This document shows positions 42,518-51,489 of a stretch of 64,000 nucleotides of DNA, in pieces. Source of the DNA: Alphaproteobacteria bacterium (GTDB lineage: Bacteria > Pseudomonadota > Alphaproteobacteria > MPNO01); contig OZ219865.1 of NCBI GenBank assembly GCA_964291675.2, positions 768,001 through 832,000 on the forward strand, read 5' to 3'. The translations under genes and the position numbers were made by a program. The notes below the pieces were generated by a model that saw only the letters and a program-made list of their open reading frames with translations, did no database searches and was not told where the DNA came from. Every line of letters starts with the position of its first letter. The first letter of the stretch is position 1.

Positions 42518-45251
42518 CGCGGCTGAGCCTGACCCGGGCGAGGTCGGCGCCGCTCCCGGTCGCGTCGGTCAGGCTGAGCGAGAGCGCGGTCAGCGAATTC
42601 AGGCTGGCGAGCCCGAGATCCTTGGCGTAAGGCGTCGCCCAGTGGTCGAACTGGCCGATCATCAGCACGGTGTCCGGGCGGATGCCCTCGCGCAGCACGG
42701 CGCGGCCGCGAGTGACGCCGGTGGGCGATTCGATCGCCACGGGGTCGCCGTCCGCGATACCGAGCTTGCGAGCCGTGGCGCGGTTGACGATCACCCCCTT
42801 GTGGCCGGAGATGTTGCTGGCGACCTCGTTGATCAGCGGGATACCCACGTTGGCGCCCCAGGAATACTGCATCGAGCGCGCCGTCAGCGCCCAGAGCGGA
42901 AACGCCTCCGGGTCTTCCCCGACCTCTTTCGCGTGGTTCGCCCAGATATCGGGGAAGGGTTTGTAGCCCGGCAGCGGCTCGTATTCCTCGAGCTGGCGGT
43001 CCCACCAGTTGACGCCGATCTCGTGCAGCCGCTCGGCGAGCTCGGCGCCGTGGCGCATCAACCGCTCCTGGTAGGGCAGCTCGAAGCGCAGCCCCTGCTC
43101 CTTGAGCGTCGGGTACAGGTACCAGTCGAGCTGCGGGAAGGGGCGCAGCATGAAGCCGTTCTCGCGGAACCACTCGATGCCGTGCACTTCGGCGCCGCCG
43201 GAAAGATCGTGGCTCGCCGCCTTCGCCACCGCGTCCCAGATTTCTTCGACCGGGTGCGGTTCGCTCGGCTCCAGCGCGTAGTCGTAGCCCGCCTTCTGGT
43301 CGGCGAGCCTGGCGCCGGCGGCCCCCCGGTTGATCGCCGCGTTGTAGCCTTCGAGGATGCCGACCCGCCGGGCGAGCTCGGTGGCGATCCAGGTGATGTC
43401 CCGGCAGTCGACCACCGGGTCGGCGACCGGCTGGCGCACCGCCCAGCCCTGGTGCTTCCAGAACTGCTCGGTGAACTTGGTCGAGCCGATCTGGATCAGC
43501 TGCAGGCTCTCGAGATCGGTCGCCTCGGGCAACAGGATGTCGGCCATGTGGTTGGTCTCGTCCCGCGTGTAGGCGAAGGAGACGGTGAAGGGGAATTCGG
43601 CGATCCGCTCGGCGACCTCGGGCGCGTTCCAGGACGAGATCGCCGGGTTGGTGCGGTAGTTGATCCACATCTCGGGCTTGGCCTGCTCGGGCCAGGACTC
43701 GGGCAGCTTCTTCTGGAACAGCCAGGGCAGGTGTGCCGGGCCGAGCGCCGGCGACCAGGCCGAGTCGGCGGCGAGCGGCACCAGCGTCCGGTAGGCGTTG
43801 CGGATATGCGGCTTGGCGGACCAGTCCTCGCGCGTCGTCGGGTTGAACGGGTAGTCCATGATCCCGTCGCCCTGCGACCGCACCGTGAGGTGGCGGTTAT
43901 AGGCCGGCCGGTTGAGTTTGACCGCGGTCCCGAGCGTGCCGCCCGGCACTTCGAGCGCGCCCACCAGCGCCGCCAGCAGGGTGCGCGCCCAGCAGGTCTG
44001 GTAGCCGCCCCAGCCGTTGTTCACCCCCTTGCCCAGCATCACCGCGACCGGGCGGAAGGGGAGCGTCCGGCCCTCGATCTCGATGGTCTCGCCGACCAGG
44101 GCGTGCGCCAGGTACTCGTCGGCGACCAGGCGGATGCGCTCGGCCGGCACGTCGCACTCGGCTTCCGCCCATTCCGGGGTGAAGCCGCGCACATGGTCGA
44201 GCAGAAGCTGGAAGGCGGGCCTCGCCTCGGCGTCGTCATGCGTCCAGACGGTGCCGTCCGGGCCCCGCTCGATGCCCGACGCGCGATACGCGCCCTCCAG
44301 CGCGGGCTCGGCGATGTCGCCGTCGAAGGGTTTGTCGCGGCCGTCGGCGAGATCCCGGATCAGCGGCTTCCCGGTCCCGGGGTCGCGCAGATAGTACCCG
44401 TTGGGGCCGACGAGATAGGGCGACGTCGTGTCGTTCGAGATGAAGTCGAAATCGCACAGCTCGCGCCAGTCGCGCTCGATCAGGATGCGGTGGATCAGGG
44501 CGAACAGGAAGGCCGCGTCGGTCTTCGGCTTGATCGGCAGCCATTCCGCCGACAGCGCGCCGGTGATCGAGAGATGCGGCTCGACCTGGACCCGCTTGAG
44601 GCCGCGCACCCTCGCATCGGCCTGGCGCCACACCCCGGCCACCCCGCCGGAGGCCTCGACATTGTTGCCGCAGTTGATGACGTAGTTGGTATAGGGCGTG
44701 TCGGGCGAGACGATGAAGGCGCGGTGCCAGAGCTCGCCATAGAGATGCTCCGAGTGGTAGCACTTCACCCCCTGCCCGCCGCCGAAACCCTGGTCGATCG
44801 GCCCCCAGGCCGACATGAAGGCGGGAAACGTCCCCATGTACTGGGTCGGCGTGCCGCCGCCGCCGAAGCTCGTGGCGAGCCGGGGCAGCCCCTGCTCGTC
44901 GACCACGCCGCGGTCGCGGATCCCGCGCATCCTGGCGGCGACGATGTCGAGCGCCTCGTCCCAGGATATCGGCACGAAGCCCGGGTCCTCGCCCCGCCCC
45001 TTCTTCGGGTTGGTGCGCTTCATCGGCTGGGCGACGCGGTTCGGGTTGTAGGTCTTCTGGATCAGCCCGTAGGCCTTGACGCAGACCCGCCCGCCGCCGG
45101 GGTGGCGGTCGGCGATGTCGTAGTTCGACTCGATCCGCGTGGCGATGCCGTCCTCGACCTCGACCTTGAGCAGATCCGGCCCTGCCACGCATTGATAGCA
45201 ATAGACCGGGACCTTCTTCCGGTCCGCGATCTTCGGCGCCTTGCTCGCCAT
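42507..45251 (-). CDS. DMSO-reductase-family Mo-bisPGD oxidoreductase, phenylacetyl-CoA:acceptor oxidoreductase (PadB)-like
   Basis: YCYQCVAGPDLL...VC N-terminus, ISWDEALD, ADILLPE, GQFDHW; PadB similarity recalled from family knowledge. Confidence 0.8.
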   Translation of the reverse strand: MASKAPKIADRKKVPVYCYQCVAGPDLLKVEVEDGIATRIESNYDIADRHPGGGRVCVKAYGLIQKTYNPNRVAQPMKRTNPKKGRGEDPGFVPISWDEALDIVAARMRGIRDRGVVDEQGLPRLATSFGGGGTPTQYMGTFPAFMSAWGPIDQGFGGGQGVKCYHSEHLYGELWHRAFIVSPDTPYTNYVINCGNNVEASGGVAGVWRQADARVRGLKRVQVEPHLSITGALSAEWLPIKPKTDAAFLFALIHRILIERDWRELCDFDFISNDTTSPYLVGPNGYYLRDPGTGKPLIRDLADGRDKPFDGDIAEPALEGAYRASGIERGPDGTVWTHDDAEARPAFQLLLDHVRGFTPEWAEAECDVPAERIRLVADEYLAHALVGETIEIEGRTLPFRPVAVMLGKGVNNGWGGYQTCWARTLLAALVGALEVPGGTLGTAVKLNRPAYNRHLTVRSQGDGIMDYPFNPTTREDWSAKPHIRNAYRTLVPLAADSAWSPALGPAHLPWLFQKKLPESWPEQAKPEMWINYRTNPAISSWNAPEVAERIAEFPFTVSFAYTRDETNHMADILLPEATDLESLQLIQIGSTKFTEQFWKHQGWAVRQPVADPVVDCRDITWIATELARRVGILEGYNAAINRGAAGARLADQKAGYDYALEPSEPHPVEEIWDAVAKAASHDLSGGAEVHGIEWFRENGFMLRPFPQLDWYLYPTLKEQGLRFELPYQERLMRHGAELAERLHEIGVNWWDRQLEEYEPLPGYKPFPDIWANHAKEVGEDPEAFPLWALTARSMQYSWGANVGIPLINEVASNISGHKGVIVNRATARKLGIADGDPVAIESPTGVTRGRAVLREGIRPDTVLMIGQFDHWATPYAKDLGLASLNSLTALSLSLTDATGSGADLARVRLSRDAG

Positions 45252-45279
45252 CTCGTACTCCGTTGCGGGTTCCCGCGCC

Positions 45280-46095
45280 TCAGAGGAAGGTGAGCCCGCC
45301 GTCCGGCTGCAGGTTCTGGCCGGAGATGTAGCTCGCCTCCTCCGAGCACAGGAACAGCATCGCCTTGGCGAGGTCGTGGATCGTCCCCTGGCGCTTGATC
45401 GACTGGCGCTCGGTGTATTCCTTGAACCGCTCGCGCGGCACCGACGGGCGCTCGACCTCGGTCTGCATGACGCCGGGCCAGAAGGTGTTGACGGTGATGT
45501 TCCACGGCCCCAGCTCGCGCGCCATCGAGCGGGTCATGCCGACCACCGCCGACTTGGTGGTGATGTAGTGCAGGTAGTTGGGCAGCCCCATCACGAAGGT
45601 CGCGGACGACACGTTGACGATGCGCCCCCACTTCGCCTCCTGCATCGCCGGCACCACGGCGCGGGCGCAGAAGAACGAGCCGGTGACGTTGACGTCGACC
45701 GCGCTCTTCCACTCGTCGACCGGCAGCTCCCAGAACGGCGCCATGGTGATCCGCGAGAACACGGCTGCGTTGTTGATCAGGCAGTCGATGCGGCCGTACT
45801 CGGCCAGCGTCTTCTCGGCCATCTCGGTGGCCGAATCGAGATCGGCGACGTCGGTCTGGATGGCGAGCGCCCTGCCCTGCTTGGCGCGCACCTCGTCGGC
45901 CACCCGCTCGCCGGCCTCGCCGTTGAGCTCGGCGATGACCGGGATCGCGCCCTGGGCGGCGAAGTAATGCGCGTAGCCCCGGCCGATGCCCTGGCCGCCG
46001 CCGGTGACGATCACCACGCGGTCCTTGAGGCTGTCATAGGTCGCGCTCTTGTCGACCTCGATTTCGTCGTAGCTGACATGCCCGATCTCGGTCAT
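45280..46095 (-). CDS. Short-chain dehydrogenase/reductase
   Basis: TGGGQGIG, INNAA, YITTK. Confidence 0.92.
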   Translation of the reverse strand: MTEIGHVSYDEIEVDKSATYDSLKDRVVIVTGGGQGIGRGYAHYFAAQGAIPVIAELNGEAGERVADEVRAKQGRALAIQTDVADLDSATEMAEKTLAEYGRIDCLINNAAVFSRITMAPFWELPVDEWKSAVDVNVTGSFFCARAVVPAMQEAKWGRIVNVSSATFVMGLPNYLHYITTKSAVVGMTRSMARELGPWNITVNTFWPGVMQTEVERPSVPRERFKEYTERQSIKRQGTIHDLAKAMLFLCSEEASYISGQNLQPDGGLTFL

Positions 46096-46269
46096 CCGTC
46101 CCTCTCCTTGTGGCGCAGGCGACTATCGCGCAATGCGCCGCCTCGCGCCATGCCGTTTGCGCCGTCCTTCGATAGGGGCTTATCCAGATTACTTGACGAG
46201 CTGTCGGATGGCGCGGATCGACGAGGGGACCGCCGCCGGTCGTGGTCGACGCCCTACCTGCCCTCATGT

Positions 46270-46518
46270 CGTCATGCCCGGACTTGATCCGGGCATCCAT
46301 GGGCGGTGCATGGCGAGCCGGGTGCGGACCGCCCCATCGGCATCCTTCCAGCCGGACCGCCGTGCGCGCGGATGCCGCATGGATGGCCGGATCAAGTCCG
46401 GCCATGACGGGGTGGTGGCGGTGGAGGAGCAAGCAGAGCCGGGTGCGGCCCGCGTCGAAAATCCAGACCGGACAGCAGTGGATCACCCCCGGACTTGATC
46501 CGGGGGCCGGCCATGACG
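46270..46518. repeat. REP/BIME-like family A cluster
   Basis: GTCATGCCCGGACTTGATCCGGGCATCC with inverted GGATGGCCGGATCAAGTCCGGCCATGAC; includes ACCGGACAGCAGTGGATC at 46467. Confidence 0.9.
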
Positions 46519-46562
46519 TGGAGGGAGCGGTGGAAGGGGATGGGATTCTTGGATACGGCGCG

Positions 46563-47789
46563 CTAGCCGACAACGCCGGCGGCGCGCAGCTCCGCGATCT
46601 CGGCGTCGTCGCAGCCCAAGAGCTCGCTCAGCACCTCCTCGCTGTGCTCGCCGAGCAGCGGCGGCGGCAGGCGGATCCCGGCGGGCGTGGCCGACAGCCG
46701 GAGCGGGCTCGCGATCAGCCTGGCCGGCGCGCCGCCGGATGCCTTGTGCTCCACCTCGGCCACCATGCCGCGCGCCTGAACGTGCGGATCGTCGAACACC
46801 TGGTCGAGCCGGTTGATCGGCCCGCAGCCGATCCCCGCCTCCTCCAGCGCGGCCAGCCAGTCGGCGCTCGCCCTGGCGGCGAAGACCGGGCGCAGCTCGG
46901 CGATGCACGCCTCGCGGTTGCGCACCCTGGCGTCGTTGGTGGCGAAGCGCGCGTCGCCGGCGAGGTCCTCCCTGTCCACCATGCCGCAGAACCGGCGGAA
47001 CTGCCCGTCATTGCCGATCGCCACCACGATATAGCCATCGGCGGTGGCGAAGACCTGGTAGGGCACGATATTGGGATGCGCGTTGCCCAGCCGGCCGAGA
47101 TCGCCCGAATAGAGGTAGTTCATGCCGGCATTGACCAGCCAGGCGACCTGGGTGTCCAGCATGCCGATGTCGATGTACTGGCCCTCGCCGGTCAGCGCGG
47201 CGTGGCGCAGCGCGGCGTTCACGGCAACGGCGGCGAACATGCCCGACATGATGTCGGCGATCGGCACGCCCACCTTCTGCGGCTCGCCGTCGGGCTCGCC
47301 GGTGATCGACATGATTCCGCCCATCGCCTGGACCAGGAAATCGTAGCCCGGCCGCTCGGCATAGGGGCCGGTCTGCCCGAACCCGGTGATCGAGCAATAG
47401 ACCAGGCGCGGGTTGGCGTCCCGCAGGTCCTCGTAGCCGAGCCCGTAGCGCGCGAGATTGCCGGTCTTGAAGTTCTCGACCAGCGCGTCCGCCCCGGCGG
47501 CCAGCCGGCGCAGGATGGCCTGACCCTCGGGCTTCGAGACGTCGAGCGCCAGCGAGCGCTTGTTGCGGTTGGCGCTCATGAAATAGGCGCTCTCCGCGGT
47601 GTCGTGGCCGTCCGCGTCCTTCAGGAAGGGCGGCGCGAATTTGCGCGTGTCGTCGCCCGAGCCCGGGCGTTCGATCTTGATCACGTCCGCGCCCAGATCG
47701 CCGAGGATCTGCGTGCAATAGGGCCCGGCGAGCACGCGGGTGAGGTCGACCACCCGCACCCCGGCCAGCGGGCCTCCGTTCCGGCTCAT
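46563..47789 (-). CDS. CoA-transferase family III (CaiB/BaiF)
   Basis: [41 protein letters not shown]. Confidence 0.95.
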   Translation of the reverse strand: MSRNGGPLAGVRVVDLTRVLAGPYCTQILGDLGADVIKIERPGSGDDTRKFAPPFLKDADGHDTAESAYFMSANRNKRSLALDVSKPEGQAILRRLAAGADALVENFKTGNLARYGLGYEDLRDANPRLVYCSITGFGQTGPYAERPGYDFLVQAMGGIMSITGEPDGEPQKVGVPIADIMSGMFAAVAVNAALRHAALTGEGQYIDIGMLDTQVAWLVNAGMNYLYSGDLGRLGNAHPNIVPYQVFATADGYIVVAIGNDGQFRRFCGMVDREDLAGDARFATNDARVRNREACIAELRPVFAARASADWLAALEEAGIGCGPINRLDQVFDDPHVQARGMVAEVEHKASGGAPARLIASPLRLSATPAGIRLPPPLLGEHSEEVLSELLGCDDAEIAELRAAGVVG

Positions 47790-47847
47790 CGGCACCTCCC
47801 GAAGCTGGCGTCTATCTAGAGCATATGGGGTGCGGGCGGAACCGTCG

Positions 47848-48152
47848 GCCGTCCTTCGATACGCGCCCTGCGGGCGCTACTCAGGATGAGGGTGGGGGTG
47901 TGCACGGCCAACAACCCTCCTCATCCTGAGTAGGCGCGAAGCGCCGTATCGAAGGACGCCCCCTGCGGGCGCTGCTCAGGATGAGGGTGGGGGTGTGCAC
48001 GGCCAACAACCCTCCTCATCCTGAGTAGGCGCGAAGCGCCGTATCGAAGGACGCCCCCCTGCGGGCGCTACTCAGGATGAGGGTTGGCGGTGGGCAGCCC
48101 AAGACCTTCCCCTCATCCTGAGTAGCGGCGAAGCCGCGTATCGAGGGACGGC
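47848..48152. repeat. Tandem array of three family-B REP doublets (period about 95-96 bp)
   Basis: Units start near 47866, 47961 and 48057; first two nearly identical; outer ends GCCGTCCTTCGATAC / GTATCGAGGGACGGC are inverted. Confidence 0.93.
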
Positions 48153-49061
48153 TCAATCGCTGTCGAAATCGCTGGCGAAGGTGGCGGCGAGGCGGTCGGC
48201 GAAGCGGGCGGCGGCGACCGGGAGGACGCGGCCGCGCAGCTGGCCCATGAACAGCAGGCTGGGCGGGATGTCGCGCGGGTCGACCGGCGGGCTCGCGAGG
48301 TCGGGCCGCGCGGCCGCCCCGGGGATGCCGACCGGGATCTGGAACGAGACCATGTCACCCGAGGCGGCGTAGCCGAGCAGGAACTCGTAGCTGTCCGACT
48401 CGACCGCCGGCACGAGCTGGGCGCCGGTCGTCGAGGCGACGCTCTCCAGCAGGAAGCGCAGCCCGTCGGGCGCGGCCGGCAGGGCGAGCGGGTAGCTGAG
48501 GCATTCGCCGAGCCGGACGGTCTCGCGCTCTGCCAGCGGATGGTCCCGCGCCATCACGCAATGGACCGGCTGGCGGATCGTGGTGACGGTATGGAAGTCG
48601 GCGAGGCGCGGCGGCTCGAAGATCAGCGCGATGTCGGCGGCGTATTCGGCCAGCGCCCGTTCCGCCGATTCGCGGTCGCGCACCAGGGCGTTGAAGGTGA
48701 CCGCCGGATGCTCGGCGCGGTAGGCCTCGATCTCGCGCGGCAGGAAATGCGGCATCAGGGCCTGGGCACAGGCGATCGCGACATGGCCCCGCCGCACCCC
48801 GGAGATGTCGGCGATCTGCGAGCGCACCCGCGCCATGTCGGACATCTGGTTGCGGATGTGGTGCAGCAGGATCTCGCCGGCGGTGTTGAGCCGGACGCCG
48901 CGCGGCAGGCGTTCGAAGATCGGCACGCCGAGCTCGTCCTCCAGCGAGAGGATGCGGCGGTTGAGCGCCGAGGCGGTGATCGACAGCACGTCCGCGGCGC
49001 GGCGGATCGAGCCCGCCCTGGCGACTTCCTCGACATAGCGGAGCGGTGTCAGGTGTCGCAT
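48153..49061 (-). CDS. LysR-family transcriptional regulator
   Basis: GSIRRAA..L.I..SALNR.I..LE..LG..IFER HTH. Confidence 0.93.
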   Translation of the reverse strand: MRHLTPLRYVEEVARAGSIRRAADVLSITASALNRRILSLEDELGVPIFERLPRGVRLNTAGEILLHHIRNQMSDMARVRSQIADISGVRRGHVAIACAQALMPHFLPREIEAYRAEHPAVTFNALVRDRESAERALAEYAADIALIFEPPRLADFHTVTTIRQPVHCVMARDHPLAERETVRLGECLSYPLALPAAPDGLRFLLESVASTTGAQLVPAVESDSYEFLLGYAASGDMVSFQIPVGIPGAAARPDLASPPVDPRDIPPSLLFMGQLRGRVLPVAAARFADRLAATFASDFDSD

Positions 49062-49149
49062 CGTCGCATCCCCGAACGTTCGAATTATTGCACCGGTCTG
49101 TTGAGAAACTAGCAGCGGATCGCGACAGTTGGCAAAGCTAGATTGCGCT

Positions 49150-49233
49150 GGCGTCGGCCTGCGCATCGACGAGGAAGCGGAGAGTTTGGGGCTCGACCGG
49201 GTCGAGCTCGGCATCGCGGCCCAAGCCGAGCCC
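49150..49233 (+). pseudogene. Orphan fragment resembling the ammonium transporter (Amt) C-terminal tail
   Basis: GVGLRIDEEAESLGLDRVELGIAAQAE fits the Amt motif GLRV..E.E..GLD..EhG..AY. Confidence 0.5.
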
Positions 49234-49336
49234 GGACAGGGCTCGCAAACGATCCGAGAGATCCCGCGGGCACTCGGCCGTCCGGCCCCGCTGCCAGTCG
49301 TGCGGTGGCCGGGCGGCCTTTTTTTCGCGGGATCGC

Positions 49337-49428
49337 CGTCCCTCGATACGGCGCTTCGCGCCTACTCGGGATGGGATTTCTTCATTTTCCTCATCCTGAG
49401 TAGCGGCGAAGCCGCGTATCGAAGGACG
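49337..49428. repeat. Family-B REP doublet
   Basis: CGTCCCTCGATACGGCGCTTCGCGCCTACTCGGGATG...CCTCATCCTGAGTAGCGGCGAAGCCGCGTATCGAAGGACG directly after the pyrD stop. Confidence 0.9.
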
Positions 49429-49429
49429 C

Positions 49430-50308
49430 CTACGCCGCGGCGTCGAGGAAGCCGGCCGCGATGTCCTGGAACACGCCACAGCCGTAGGCGTAGCAGGCGG
49501 TGCCGACCTGGACCCCGGCGGCGCCGGCGGCGAGGTAGTCGGTCACGTCCGCGCCGGCGAACACGCCGCCCACCCCGACCACCGAGACGCAAGACGGGAG
49601 CAGGGAGCGAAGCTGCACCACATGGCCGAGCGCCACCGGCTTCAGGGGACGCCCGCCCAGCCCGGCGAGCCCGTTGCCGCCCATCGCCTGTCGCCCGCCC
49701 TCCCAGGCGAAGGCATTGGGAAGCGTGTTGACCGCGACCACCTCGCCGATCCGCCCGTTCGCGGCGACGATCCCGGCGAGGCGCTTGAGCAGCAGCGGGT
49801 CGGACGGCGCGAGCTTGACCGAGAGCGCGATACGCGCTGGCGCGAGCTCTCCGGCGATCCGGCAGATCGTCTCCGTCAGCTCGGGATCGAGCGCGAAGAC
49901 CGGCTTCTGGTCGGCCCCGTCCCAGACATTGGGGCAGCTCAGATTGATCTCGATGCAGTCGATGTCGAACTCGGCGAGTCCGGCGACGAGCGCGCGGTAG
50001 TCGTCGACCGAGAACCCGGCGACGCTGACCCGGAGCCGCTTGCCGGAGGCGTGCACGCGCTCGGCGATCCCCTTCATCTGCGCGCGGTACCAGGCGAGCC
50101 CCGCGTTGGGCAGGCCCAGCGCGTTGAGCGAGGCGCCGCTCGCATCGTCGATCCAGAACGTGGTGCCGGAATTGCCTTCGCGCCGCAGCGCCGTGACGGA
50201 GCCGAGATTGACCTCGGTGACGGGCGCGGCGCGGAACCGCTCGACATCGTCGAGCGTCTTGCACATCCCGGCCGCGTTCATGAATGTCAGCTCGTCCACG
50301 GCGGACAC
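49430..50308 (-). CDS. pyrD: Dihydroorotate dehydrogenase, class 1 (1A-like)
   Basis: MNAAG.CK, GNSG, NALGLPN.G, EINLSCPN, NTLPN, GLGG..LKPVALG; no membrane N-terminus. Confidence 0.88.
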   Translation of the reverse strand: MSAVDELTFMNAAGMCKTLDDVERFRAAPVTEVNLGSVTALRREGNSGTTFWIDDASGASLNALGLPNAGLAWYRAQMKGIAERVHASGKRLRVSVAGFSVDDYRALVAGLAEFDIDCIEINLSCPNVWDGADQKPVFALDPELTETICRIAGELAPARIALSVKLAPSDPLLLKRLAGIVAANGRIGEVVAVNTLPNAFAWEGGRQAMGGNGLAGLGGRPLKPVALGHVVQLRSLLPSCVSVVGVGGVFAGADVTDYLAAGAAGVQVGTACYAYGCGVFQDIAAGFLDAAA

Positions 50309-51316
50309 TCAGGCATAGGCGCGCTCCCGGCTGCGCAGCCCCGGGGCGACGATGGGCTCGAGCACGCCGAACACCCAGAGCAGGATCGCCATGCGGACGA
50401 ACAGCCCGTTGCGCGCCTGCTCGAAGTAGCGCGCCTGGGGCAGCCGGTCGATCGCCTCGGGAAGCTCCCGGTTGCGCGGCAGCGGGTGCAGCACGACGGC
50501 ATCGCCGCGGAGCGAGGCGGCCAGCCGTTCGGTGAGCGCGTAGGCTTCGCCGCCGCAAGCGACCTCGTGGCGTTCGCTCTGGGTGCGGGTCATGTAGATC
50601 ACGTCGGAGGCGGCGACCAGCGCCGGCGTCAGCGCGTCGTGCATCGCCACCGGCAGCCCGCAATCGCGCACCAGCCCTTCGATCGGGCGGGGGATCTGCA
50701 TCGCGTCGGGGGCGACGAAGTCGACCGCGCCGGCAAACCCCGCCGGGCTGCCCTCCAGCATCGCCGCCAGATAGGCCAGCGAATGCACCGTCCGCCCCTT
50801 GAGCAGGTCGCCGACGAAGGTGACGCGGAGGTCGCGCCGTCCGGGGAACCGTTCGGCGATGGTGAACAGGTCGAGCAGCGCCTGGGTCGGGTGCTCACCG
50901 TCGCCGTCGCCGGCGTTGATCACCGGCACGTCGCTCACCGCCGCGGCGCGCGCCGCCGCCCCCTTCTCCTTGTGGCGCAGCACGATCACGTCGCCGTAGC
51001 CGCTCTCGATGCGGATCGTGTCTTCCAGCGACTCGCCCTTGATCGCCGACGAGAACTCGGCCGCGTTTTCCGTAGTGATCACCTTGCCGCCGAGCCGCGC
51101 CATCGCCGCCTCGAAGGAATGCCGCGTGCGGGTCGAGGCCTCGTAGAACAGCGAGACCATCACATGGTCGCGCAACGCGTTCCAGTGCGGCGACCAGCGT
51201 ACCCTCGCGCCCCGGCCGCGGCCGGCATGCTGGCGTTTGGAAGCGGCGGCGGATTGGAATACGGATTCGAGAAAGCCCGGGGTGAAGTCGCGTACGGTGA
51301 CGACGTGGCGCAGCAT
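50309..51316 (-). CDS. pyrB: Aspartate carbamoyltransferase catalytic subunit
   Basis: FYEASTRT, KGESLEDT, NAGDG.GEHPTQALLD, GRTVHS, HPLPR. Confidence 0.95.
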   Translation of the reverse strand: MLRHVVTVRDFTPGFLESVFQSAAASKRQHAGRGRGARVRWSPHWNALRDHVMVSLFYEASTRTRHSFEAAMARLGGKVITTENAAEFSSAIKGESLEDTIRIESGYGDVIVLRHKEKGAAARAAAVSDVPVINAGDGDGEHPTQALLDLFTIAERFPGRRDLRVTFVGDLLKGRTVHSLAYLAAMLEGSPAGFAGAVDFVAPDAMQIPRPIEGLVRDCGLPVAMHDALTPALVAASDVIYMTRTQSERHEVACGGEAYALTERLAASLRGDAVVLHPLPRNRELPEAIDRLPQARYFEQARNGLFVRMAILLWVFGVLEPIVAPGLRSRERAYA

Positions 51317-51489
51317 CTCGATCCGGTGCGATCCGTCGGTTTGCGCCCTAGAATGTAGGATCGGCTGGCCGAATCGCCAAGATTTAGTGGGGAGTATACC
51401 GGCTGCCACAACATGCCGAGTCGACGAAGGAGGCAAACCGGGCGCGCGTTTCTGCTAACCTCTCCGCAGCTTCGCCTTGGAGGAAACCC

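Noticed and set aside
46034-46573. ORFs across REP clusters (also 58745-59023, 62741-63371, 49129-49731)
   Set aside because: Translations such as VMAGLDPAI and RIKSGHD are conceptual products of the repeats.
47848-48152. CRISPR array
   Set aside because: Units are ~95-bp palindromic doublets with repeated, not unique, spacers; no cas genes; the same repeat is dispersed elsewhere.
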